Of a stretch of DNA of 64,000 nt, positions 28,940-37,470 are shown piece by piece. Every line of letters begins with the position of its first letter. Position 1 is the stretch's first letter. The notes beneath the pieces were generated by a model, which worked only from the letters and a program-made list of their open reading frames with translations, made no database searches and was not told the DNA's origin. The stretch comes from an uncultured Gemmataceae bacterium (lineage in GTDB: Bacteria > Planctomycetota > Planctomycetia > Gemmatales > Gemmataceae). The translations under genes were made by a program, and so were the position numbers. The stretch is from NCBI GenBank assembly GCA_963750165.1, contig CAVVPN010000003.1, positions 992,001-1,056,000 on the forward strand, given 5' to 3'.

Positions 28940-31501
28940 TTATTTGATCTTCAAGAGTTCCGGTTCCGTCCACTGCTCCGTGCGACCGGAAGTCGCGGCA
29001 CGAATGCGGCTCACAGTGGCTGGGTCCAGGGGCGGTGCCGCCTCGCGCCATTCCCGACGCACAAACGTCAAAATGCCGGCGATCTTCTGGTCGTCCAGCG
29101 CCTGGTACATGCCGGGCATTTCCAGCACGCCCGCACGGTTAAACACTTCGCCATTGACGCTGACCGGGCCGCGCAAACCGTGCAGCACCAGCCGCACCAA
29201 CCGTTCGTCGTGGTCGAGCCACTCCGAATCGAGCAGGGGCGGTCCTTTCCCGGCATCGCCGTAGCCGGCGGCATGGTGGCAGGCAGCGCACAACGCCGCG
29301 TATTCCTTGCGGCCCAGGTCGTACAGCGCCTGGTGTTTGGCGGACAGCGGCGGTCGCACGGGCAGCGCCTTGCCGTCCTTGCCGGGCCAGTTGAGTTGCC
29401 CGGCCACGCGCTCGGCGGCCGCGGCCAACTTCGCGTCGCTGGCCTTCCGCAGTTTCTGAAGCGATTCCGGGACGCCCGGCAAGGTGAGCATGCGCGGCAG
29501 CGATTTGCCTTTGCCGCCCTTGCCGCCCTTGCCGCCTTTGCCCGGCGGCGCCGCCTTCAACCCGTCGAGCAGGGCGAGTTGCTGCCAGGCTTGCGCTTCG
29601 GTTTGCCCCCCGACCAGGTGCAAGAAACGCAGGACTGCCAGCGGTTGCCGCTGTCGCCACACCAGCCCGGCGCAGGCCGTCAAAAACTTCTGACGCCAGG
29701 GCTCCGACCTGGCCCAACCTGGCTGCGCGAGCCGAACCGCCAGGAACTCCGCTTCCTGACCCGTGAACCCTGCCAGGAGCGCTTCCAGCAGCGTCGCGTC
29801 CGCCGCCAGGTCGCGCAGCACGGGCTCCACCACTCGATCCGCCTGCGCGGTGTTGACCAGGCCGAGCGTCCACACCAGCTGCAGCCGCACGTTGCGGTCG
29901 GTGTCGCCGGCCAGCTCCGCCAATTCCTGAATGTGGGCGGGTTCCTTCTGCCGGCGAATCGCATCACGGCACAGGGCGACCGCGCTGGCCCGCACATGGC
30001 TGTCCTTGTCGTCAAGCGCGGCGAGCAACAGGTCGATGTCGAGTTTGTTCAAGCCTTCAAGGGCCCACAGCGCGTGCAGGCGGCCGAGCGGTTCCTTGCC
30101 GGTGGCGACCAGTTTGCGCAGCGCGGGCACCACGGACAGGTCGTGGCGCTGCACGAGCAACTGCTGGGCCATGTCGCGGTGCCAGCCGTTGCCGCTGGAA
30201 AGGTACGCCACCAGGTCGGCACTGGCCGTTTTGCTCAGCGCCGCCGGTTTACGCGGCCGGCTCGTCTCGTGGACGATGCGGAAAATCCGACCCAGACCGA
30301 TGGGCCGATCCAGTCCGCGCTCCAGAATCTGCTGCCGCAGATACGGCGTGAGGTAGGCTCCGTGCTGGATGACGCCGCGATACATGTCCACCAGGTAGAG
30401 CGTGCCGTCCGGGGCGTTGTACAGGTTGACGGGGCGAAACCGTTCGTCGGTCGAGGCCAGAAACTCCGCCTTGTCGTAGGCGTTTTTCGAGGACTTGACG
30501 CCGTTCGTGGTGACGAAGACCTGCCGGCGCACGAGGTTGCCCGCGGGTTCATTGATGAAGACGTTGCCGCGCAGTTCCGCCGGCAAATTGTCGCCGCGGT
30601 AGACGACCGGCCCGCAATTGGCGTTGGCCTGGATCATGGTGCCGTCCGCTCGCAGGAACGACGCCAGGTATCCGCGGTTGATGCCGGGGTTCGGACGGAT
30701 CGGCCAGACCTGTTGTTCCTGGTAGAGGGCGACGTTGACCAGGGGGTTGGCGGCGTGCGCGCTGGGCGACCAGCAGGGCACCAGGTCGCCGCGGAGCAGC
30801 TGGGCGTTGACGTTGTAAACGAGGTGACCGTGGTCGTCCTGGGTGATGCCCCACTGGCCGCGGCCGACCGTCGTTTCGCGCACCCACTGGCCGCCGATCT
30901 TGCGGAGGCGAAGGCCCTCCTTGGCGGTGTAAATCCAGTTGTCCAGGGCGGGCATCAGGCCGTTGAGCCCGTGCTCGGGGTTGCCGGGGTTATATCGGCA
31001 AAGGAGTTTCTTCTCGTCGCAGCGGAGATCCCCTTTGGACGCACGGCATAACCAGAGATTGCCATTCTCGGCGACCAGGAGGCCGTCCAGCGTCCAGCAC
31101 AGACCGCGCGGCAGCACGAACTTGTCGAGGAAGACCGTTCGCCGATCCGGGACGCCGGTCCCCTTCGTGTCCTCCAGAACGACGATGGTGCCGACGGGTT
31201 CCTTCTCGCCCTTGCCGTCCACGTTGGGCATGAAACCGCGCATTTCGCACACCCAGATGCGGCCATCCGGATCGAAGGTCATGGCCACGGGGTCATGCAC
31301 CAGCGGTTCGCTGGCCACCAGCTCCACGCGATAGCCCGGCGCAATTTTGAAGGTCTTCATCTCGTCCCGGGCAGAGCGAGCGGGCGCCGGCGGCACCTTG
31401 AACCCCCTGGGGTTTTGCCCGGGAACGAGGTGCGCCGCCACTGGCAGACCCGTCACGCACAGGACGATCGCCAACCGCCGCAGCGTCTGCTTGACCGTCA
31501 T
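28940..31501 (-). CDS. PVC-type heme-binding CxxCH protein (beta-propeller dehydrogenase-like + HEAT + cytochrome c)
   Basis: ELVASEPLVHDPVAMTFDPDGRIWV, FLASTDERFRPV, APDGTLYLVDMYRG, GRIFRI, CAACH, distal MPG. Confidence 0.9.
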   Translation of the reverse strand: MTVKQTLRRLAIVLCVTGLPVAAHLVPGQNPRGFKVPPAPARSARDEMKTFKIAPGYRVELVASEPLVHDPVAMTFDPDGRIWVCEMRGFMPNVDGKGEKEPVGTIVVLEDTKGTGVPDRRTVFLDKFVLPRGLCWTLDGLLVAENGNLWLCRASKGDLRCDEKKLLCRYNPGNPEHGLNGLMPALDNWIYTAKEGLRLRKIGGQWVRETTVGRGQWGITQDDHGHLVYNVNAQLLRGDLVPCWSPSAHAANPLVNVALYQEQQVWPIRPNPGINRGYLASFLRADGTMIQANANCGPVVYRGDNLPAELRGNVFINEPAGNLVRRQVFVTTNGVKSSKNAYDKAEFLASTDERFRPVNLYNAPDGTLYLVDMYRGVIQHGAYLTPYLRQQILERGLDRPIGLGRIFRIVHETSRPRKPAALSKTASADLVAYLSSGNGWHRDMAQQLLVQRHDLSVVPALRKLVATGKEPLGRLHALWALEGLNKLDIDLLLAALDDKDSHVRASAVALCRDAIRRQKEPAHIQELAELAGDTDRNVRLQLVWTLGLVNTAQADRVVEPVLRDLAADATLLEALLAGFTGQEAEFLAVRLAQPGWARSEPWRQKFLTACAGLVWRQRQPLAVLRFLHLVGGQTEAQAWQQLALLDGLKAAPPGKGGKGGKGGKGKSLPRMLTLPGVPESLQKLRKASDAKLAAAAERVAGQLNWPGKDGKALPVRPPLSAKHQALYDLGRKEYAALCAACHHAAGYGDAGKGPPLLDSEWLDHDERLVRLVLHGLRGPVSVNGEVFNRAGVLEMPGMYQALDDQKIAGILTFVRREWREAAPPLDPATVSRIRAATSGRTEQWTEPELLKIK

Positions 31502-31530
31502 GGTGTCACCCCCCGGGGCCGTTGGTTTCT

Positions 31531-31593
31531 GGTCCGAGCCCGAGCGCCAGCGAGGGGCCTGCTTTGTCCCTCGCTGGCGCTCGGGCTCGGACC
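31531..31593. repeat. Palindromic repeat (AGCCCGAGCGCCAGCGAGGG type)
   Basis: 26-bp inverted arms 31531-31556 / 31568-31593. Confidence 0.85.
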
Positions 31594-31612
31594 CAAGGCG
31601 CTGCTGTATGAG

Positions 31613-33853
31613 TCAGCGCTTGAAGCGCTGATCGAGCCAGTTGTACGCTTCGGTTCGAGCCGCAGTCGTAAAATTGCGTTCGCTGTCCGGGTGCCGGACC
31701 TGCAACGCGCCGCCGGCCTTCCGCAGTCCGTAGACGAGTGCCGCGCTCTGGACGGCGCTCTTGACCCCTTCGACCTCCATCACGGAGTCGCGCAGCGGAG
31801 CACTCACGAACACCGGACGCGGCGCCAGCGTCCCAAGCAACTCCGCGAAGTCGAAGGGGAGCTTCGCGGGGTCGTTGGCGTACACGGCGCGAATACGCGG
31901 CACCTGGCGCGGGTCCGCCCAGTCAGCGAGTTTCCCACCTTTGTAGCGCGGAAAAGTCGTGAACCCGCAGCTCGATACCACGGCTGCGAGGCGACCGTCA
32001 AAGGCCGCCGTGAACAGGGCGTTCTGTCCGCCCAGGCCGTGGCCGATGACGCCGATCCGTTTGGGATTCACCTCGGGCAGCGTTTCGAGCAGATCGATGC
32101 CCCGGAGATTGTCCCAGACGGCCTTCATGGCACCGCTGGCGTATGTCGCTGTATTTTTCTTGAAATCGTAGGGGTTTTCTCCGTAAGACGGGTAGTCGGG
32201 CACCAGGCAAACGTAACCGCGCCTGGCCAGTTCGTCGGCGTAGCGCAGGGCGTCGCGGCCGCCGAGCCCTGCCGGCTCGTCCTTGCCGCGCGGCGTGTCG
32301 TCATGCAGGCAGAGCATGGCCGGTGCGCCGCGCTTGACGTTGTTCGGCACGAGCAAATAGGCGGTCACTCGCGAACCCAGATCCGATCCGTATGTGATCT
32401 TCTTGCGGATGTAGTTGTCCGTCGCCGTCTCAGCCAGGACCTTCACGTTCAGGGGGACGCGCTGGTGAGAGTCGGGCAACACGCCCAGGACGGCCTGGAC
32501 GGCGGCCAGGATGTGCGCCCGCCGCTGCCCCCAGCCGAACGGCTCGGTTATCGGTTTTTCCTTGCCCGCTTCGTCCCGGACCACCAGGAGCTTCAACCGC
32601 TCCGCATAGGCGGGGAACCACAGCGGGTCTCGGGTCAGGCCCTTCGCCACGCCGCTGCCCTTGCCCAGGTTTTCCAACCAGTACAGCCCGTTCCGGCCGC
32701 CGCAGACCAGGTCCAGCCGGCCGCTACCGGTGAGATCCACCGCCCTGGGGTCGAGGCCGAAACCGATGCCGTCGTTGTACGAGATCAGCCAGCGCTGCCA
32801 GGTGCGCGTTTTCGGATCAAACTGATAGCGATAGGCCGCCAGCGGATCGTACTCGCCCGGGTCTCTGCCCTCGTGTGCCAGGTAGCGCCGGCCGACGATG
32901 AGTTCCTTTTTGCCGTCGCCGTCCAGGTCCGCCCACAACGGGGTGTGACAACCGGCCACGCTGGTGTCGATCGCATGTTTCACCCAACGAATCTGGCCGT
33001 TCTTGGTGCGCGTCTGCTGCAACCAGTAGATGCCGTAATCGTGGCCGCGAGCCCAAACAATGTCGTTGCGGCCGTCGCCGTCCACGTCCACGACCAGGAT
33101 CGGAATGCTGGCCTGATCGAGGTCGAAATCGGCGTGCCAGAGCCAGCGGCCGGTTCGGCGATCCTTGGGCGCCTCGGCCCAGCCGTTGCGGCCGACGATG
33201 TCCAGGCGGCCGTCGCCGTTGATGTCGCCGACGCCGATGCCGTGGCCGGCCAGCTCGCGCGGCAGGTCGTGCCGAAGCCATTCCGGAGTGAAGCCGCCCC
33301 CAGGGTTCGGCTGGCGGCGCAGTTCCCACCAGGCGGCGAAGTTTGCGCCGCAGGGCAGCAGCACGGGGGTGCCGTCGCCGAGCAGATCGACCAGTCTGCC
33401 GGTCTCGGAACTGCCGGGCACCGCAATGACGTGCGCCTTCCACTCCTGGCCCCGGGCGAGGTTGGCGCCGGGGTGCTCGATCCACTTGAGGCTGGACGTG
33501 CGCCAGTTGACGGTGATGAGGTCTGGCCAGCCATCGCCGTTGACATCGAGCACCTGATGGGCGTAACCGTCCGGCCTGCCGCCGCGAATCTCGACGTTGC
33601 GCAGGAAGTGCTTCTTCCAGGTGGGGGCCTCGTACCAGAAGCCGCCACAGACGATGTCGAGTTTGCCGTCCTTGTTGACATCGAAGACGGCAGCGGCCAT
33701 GAACTCGGACCTGGCGTTCAGGACATGGCGGCGAAACGCCACGTCCTCGCCATGACAACGCGACGCCGGCGCCCACAACAGCAGCGCCAGGCAAGCACCG
33801 CAACCGAGGAGGGAACGGCGCGCGTCCGACCGCGACCAGCCACGGGCGCACAT
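31613..33853 (-). CDS. FG-GAP/VCBS repeat protein fused to an alpha/beta-hydrolase (dienelactone hydrolase-like) domain
   Basis: Repeated DVNxDGxxDI motifs, then AYLLVP, LCLH, ELARRGYVCLVPDYPSYG, GHGLGG, APRP.F. Confidence 0.85.
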   Translation of the reverse strand: MCARGWSRSDARRSLLGCGACLALLLWAPASRCHGEDVAFRRHVLNARSEFMAAAVFDVNKDGKLDIVCGGFWYEAPTWKKHFLRNVEIRGGRPDGYAHQVLDVNGDGWPDLITVNWRTSSLKWIEHPGANLARGQEWKAHVIAVPGSSETGRLVDLLGDGTPVLLPCGANFAAWWELRRQPNPGGGFTPEWLRHDLPRELAGHGIGVGDINGDGRLDIVGRNGWAEAPKDRRTGRWLWHADFDLDQASIPILVVDVDGDGRNDIVWARGHDYGIYWLQQTRTKNGQIRWVKHAIDTSVAGCHTPLWADLDGDGKKELIVGRRYLAHEGRDPGEYDPLAAYRYQFDPKTRTWQRWLISYNDGIGFGLDPRAVDLTGSGRLDLVCGGRNGLYWLENLGKGSGVAKGLTRDPLWFPAYAERLKLLVVRDEAGKEKPITEPFGWGQRRAHILAAVQAVLGVLPDSHQRVPLNVKVLAETATDNYIRKKITYGSDLGSRVTAYLLVPNNVKRGAPAMLCLHDDTPRGKDEPAGLGGRDALRYADELARRGYVCLVPDYPSYGENPYDFKKNTATYASGAMKAVWDNLRGIDLLETLPEVNPKRIGVIGHGLGGQNALFTAAFDGRLAAVVSSCGFTTFPRYKGGKLADWADPRQVPRIRAVYANDPAKLPFDFAELLGTLAPRPVFVSAPLRDSVMEVEGVKSAVQSAALVYGLRKAGGALQVRHPDSERNFTTAARTEAYNWLDQRFKR

Positions 33854-33968
33854 GGTCAAATCCTCCGATAAACTTCTTCAGGACCGGCGCGGGCCGGTGG
33901 GGTTTCCGTCACTGTACCATGCCGTCGGGGCGCTGGCCACAACCCGACAACCGGGTGTATCGATCATC

Positions 33969-34028
33969 GTAGCGGAAGTCGCCAAACTTCCGTCTAGCGC
34001 CGGGCGGAAGTCGCCAGACTTCCGCTAC
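33969..34028. repeat. REP doublet, family B
   Basis: GTAGCGGAAGTCGCCAAACTTCCG ... CGGAAGTCGCCAGACTTCCGCTAC. Confidence 0.85.
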
Positions 34029-34214
34029 CCCCCGGAGGCCAGGCGCGCTATCCGGCGCTTTTTTGGGAAGAAAAAATAACCGCGGCGCGGCGACCGTCCA
34101 ATAAATCAACCAGCCTCTTGACGCGGCCGCTGCGGCCGATCAAGATGGAGGATGTTTCCCACCTACAATCAAGGGCCCTGGTTCCTACCCTGTCCGCAGC
34201 AAAAGGAGTCCGTC

Positions 34215-35271
34215 ATGTCCGACGCACCGAAGCCGTTCTGCCCTGAATGTGCCGACAGTTTCCTGCCCGCGGAGCCGATCGACCGCCGGAATTTCATCCG
34301 CGTCGTCGGCGAGTCCGCCGTGACGTTGGCGGCCGCCGGCGCCGTCGTGGGCGCCGTGCCTGGCGTCGCCAGCGCCATCGTGACGCCGACCGCCGTCCGT
34401 AACGCCCGCTCGCCGCACCCGGCCGAGGCGCTGGTCCGCGAGCTGAACGCCAGCCTGACCGCCGACCAGCGCCGCCAGGTGGTTCACGCCTGGGACGTCC
34501 AGGTCAACGGCGTGCTGATGCGGCACAAGTTCTACAACGCCCCGATGGGCCGCCGCATCGGCCAGGTGTACACGCGGCCGCAGCAGGAACTCAACGAGCG
34601 CATCCTCCGCGCTATGGCTGGCGACGCGGACGGCTATAGTCAGGCTGACGCGCGGCGGCACCTTCGACAACAGCCGGACGTTCGATGCGTGCGGCGCCGA
34701 CCTGTTCGGCGACGTGAACGGCGAGCGCTGGGCGTGGGTGTTCACCGGCCACCACATCACGGTGCGCTGCGACGGCAACACCACGCCGGACGTGGCGTTC
34801 GGTGGGCCGATTTACTACGGCCACAGCCCGGACGGCTACTCGAGCCGCAACATCTTCAACTACCAGACGCGGAGCGTGATGAGCCTGTTCGAGGCGCTGA
34901 CGGCGCAGCAGCGGCAGACGGCGGTGGTGGTCGGCACGCCGGGCGAGCTGGAGGCGTCGGTGCGCTTCCGCGCGAACGGTCGGCGCCCGGGCATCCCGGC
35001 GAGCGAACTGACGCTGGCGCAGAAGCAGTTGGCCCGCGCGGTGATGCGGACGCTGATTTCGCCGTACCGCCGCGAGGATGCCGACGAGGTGATGGAGTTG
35101 CTGGGCCGCAATGGCGGCATGGACAGCATCCACTTCGCGTTCTACCGTGAGGCGAACGCCAATGACAACGCCCGCTGGCACTTCTGGCGGCTGGAAGGCC
35201 CGTACTTCGTGTGGAACTTCCGCGTGCTGCCGCACGTCCACACGTATGTGAGCATCGCCGGCCGCGCGTAA
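34215..35271 (+). CDS. DUF3500 family protein, Tat-exported; apparent frameshift near 34638
   Basis: AAGGAG RBS, DRRNFIR, SLTADQR; second frame continues RLTRGGTFD...FTGHHITVRCDG, FGGPIYYGH, WRLEGPYFVWNFR..PHVH. Confidence 0.8.
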
Positions 35272-35277
35272 TCGCAG

Positions 35278-35383
35278 GGAATTAGCCACAGAGGACACAG
35301 AGGACACAGAGAGGAAAAGAGGAAGACGAATAATTCCTCCTCTTTTCCTCTCTGTGTCCTCTGTGTCCTCTGTGGCTAATTCC
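35278..35383. repeat. Perfect 46-bp inverted repeat (CACAGAGGA nonamers)
   Basis: 35278-35323 is the reverse complement of 35338-35383. Confidence 0.95.
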
Positions 35384-35462
35384 TCATGCTCGGAGAGGAG
35401 TGATTGAGGCGTCCACTTCTATAATGAGGGGGAGTGTCCGACCCACGCAAGAGGAATCGTTC

Positions 35463-36521
35463 ATGAGACTTTCCCCGCGCTGCCTGTTGGTCCTGCCCCT
35501 GCTCACCACGCTGCCCGCGCTCGCCGGCGGCCCCGGCGATGACTGGCAAAAGCTCGAAAGCGTCCACCTGAAGCACATCAAACAGCTGACGCACGCCTTC
35601 GCCCGCGCCGGCGAAGGCTACTTCTCACCAGACGGCAAGACGATCATCTTCCAGGCGGAAGAAAAGGTGACGGGCAATCCGTTTTATCAGATTTTCGTGA
35701 TGGACCTGGCGACGGGCAAGATGCGCCGCGTCAGCCCTGGCGTTGGCAAGACGACCTGCGCCTTCTTTTCGCCGGACGGCAAGAAAATCATTTTCGCCAG
35801 CAGCCACCTCGACCCGGACGCAAAAAAGCACTACGCCGAGGAACTCAAGCAGCGCGCCGAGGAGAAGAAGGCAAAGAAGCGCCGCCGCTATCAGTGGGAC
35901 TTCGACCCGTACATGGAAATCTTCGAGGCGAACCTGGACGGCACCGGTCTGAAGCGGTTGACCGATTCGCCGGGCTACGACGCGGAGGGTTCCTATTCGC
36001 CGGACGGCAAGCACATCGTCTTCTGCTCGAACCGCACCGGCGCGAAGAACCTGGAGCTGTTTATCATGGACGCGGACGGCAAAAACGTGCGGCAGCTGAC
36101 GAAGGCGCCGGGTTGCTACAACGGCGGCCCGTTCTTCTCGCCGGACGGCAAGCGCGTGATCTTCCGCAGCGACCGCAAGAAGAAGGACCACCTGCAGCTA
36201 TACGTCATCAACCGCGACGGCAGCGGCGAGCGTGCCCTGACCGACGACGAGAACTGGGTGTTCTGGGCACCGTACTGGTACGACAACCGCCACATCATCT
36301 ACACGGCCGCGGACCACAGCAATCCGTTGCAGCGGCCGAACTATGACCTGTACTGGATGGACATCGACACGGGCAAGAAAGTACGGCTGACGTTCGCGCC
36401 CGGCGCGGACGTGCTGCCAGTGTTCAGCCCGGATCGCCGCCGCGTGATGTGGACCTCGACGCGCGACGGCCGTTCGCCGGCCCAGCTGTATATTGCGGAT
36501 TTCGTGCCGCCGAAGGAGTGA
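35463..36521 (+). CDS. TolB-like PD40 beta-propeller protein
   Basis: Signal peptide; repeated FSPDGK.IIF; GYDAEGSYSPDG. Confidence 0.88.
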   Translation: MRLSPRCLLVLPLLTTLPALAGGPGDDWQKLESVHLKHIKQLTHAFARAGEGYFSPDGKTIIFQAEEKVTGNPFYQIFVMDLATGKMRRVSPGVGKTTCAFFSPDGKKIIFASSHLDPDAKKHYAEELKQRAEEKKAKKRRRYQWDFDPYMEIFEANLDGTGLKRLTDSPGYDAEGSYSPDGKHIVFCSNRTGAKNLELFIMDADGKNVRQLTKAPGCYNGGPFFSPDGKRVIFRSDRKKKDHLQLYVINRDGSGERALTDDENWVFWAPYWYDNRHIIYTAADHSNPLQRPNYDLYWMDIDTGKKVRLTFAPGADVLPVFSPDRRRVMWTSTRDGRSPAQLYIADFVPPKE

Positions 36522-36719
36522 TGGTCCGCCGCTTGCGGCATAGTGGTCCGTACCGCGCAATTAACTGGAGGGTTGGGGGTGACGGCCTGGGACCGTAGGA
36601 CGGCTCTCCAGAGCCGTCCCGCTCACCCCGGGACGGCTCTGGAGAGCCGTCCTACGAACGATCCCGCAACCCTCCAGATTACTTGCGGTACGAACCACTT
36701 AGCCGCAAGCGGCGGACCA
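36522..36719. repeat. Nested palindrome: outer CCGCCGCTTGCGGC-type arms, inner family A REP doublet at 36594-36656
   Basis: Imperfect outer arms of about 57 bp enclosing GTAGGACGGCTCTCCAGAGCCGTCC and its reverse complement. Confidence 0.85.
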
Positions 36720-36727
36720 GCTGGGTT

Positions 36728-37267
36728 TCAGCCGCCCACCTTGCCCGAAGGCCCCTGACCGCGGGCCCGCTCCCACTCGCGGCGCACCTGGTTCAGCCCG
36801 AAGGCGAACACCTCGAACTCCTCGCTCAACCGTCGCAGCACCGGCGCCTCCTCGCGGTACGGATCCTCCGCGAACGTGCTGGCGATGTAGTACGAGCGCT
36901 TGCCCTGCTCGCAGTAGTCAATGAACTGGTCCTTCGTCAACGCCGAGCGCAGCCGCTTCAGCGCCTCGGGATAGACTCCCGTCCAGAACAGGGTGAAGTC
37001 GCCGATCTGGCGGTGATATTCGCGACGGGTGCGACCGCCCGGCGGCAGCGCCTCCGCCTCCAGCAGCATGTCCGCCACCTCGCCCAGCTGCCGGCCCTGC
37101 GAATCCTTCAGCCGAAACACCGCGTCCATGTGAACGAAACGCGACAGCAGCGTGGACAGGTAATCCACCAACGGCGGATCGCCCACGCCCAGCGTGGCCA
37201 TCAAGGTTTGCTCCGTCAAACCGGCGAACAGGCGCCGCAAGGGGTGATCGGGGTCGTAGTACCACAT
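36728..37267 (-). CDS. Conserved hypothetical protein
   Basis: GAGG RBS, typical codon bias, motifs RQIGDFTLFWTGVYPE and YCEQGKRSYYIAS. Confidence 0.75.
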   Translation of the reverse strand: MWYYDPDHPLRRLFAGLTEQTLMATLGVGDPPLVDYLSTLLSRFVHMDAVFRLKDSQGRQLGEVADMLLEAEALPPGGRTRREYHRQIGDFTLFWTGVYPEALKRLRSALTKDQFIDYCEQGKRSYYIASTFAEDPYREEAPVLRRLSEEFEVFAFGLNQVRREWERARGQGPSGKVGG

Positions 37268-37409
37268 AACGTTACCTCATCTGCGTGCGCCTTGGGCGTC
37301 CTCTCCCAAGGCTGGCGCGCTTTATAGCGCTTGTCAAGATTTCGTCAAACCCAACTCATCCTTAAAGCGCGCAAGCAGGTGCAAGTTGCGCGGCCGCCGG
37401 CAAATGGGG

Positions 37410-37442
37410 AAAAGAAGCGGCCCACGGAAAACCGTGGGCCGC
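37410..37442 (-). terminator. Terminator of the pilM operon
   Basis: GCGGCCCACGG-N4-CCGTGGGCCGC stem followed on the minus strand by TTCTTTT. Confidence 0.7.
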
Positions 37443-37470
37443 GCGGTGACTTCGGTAATCGGCGCCGCGG

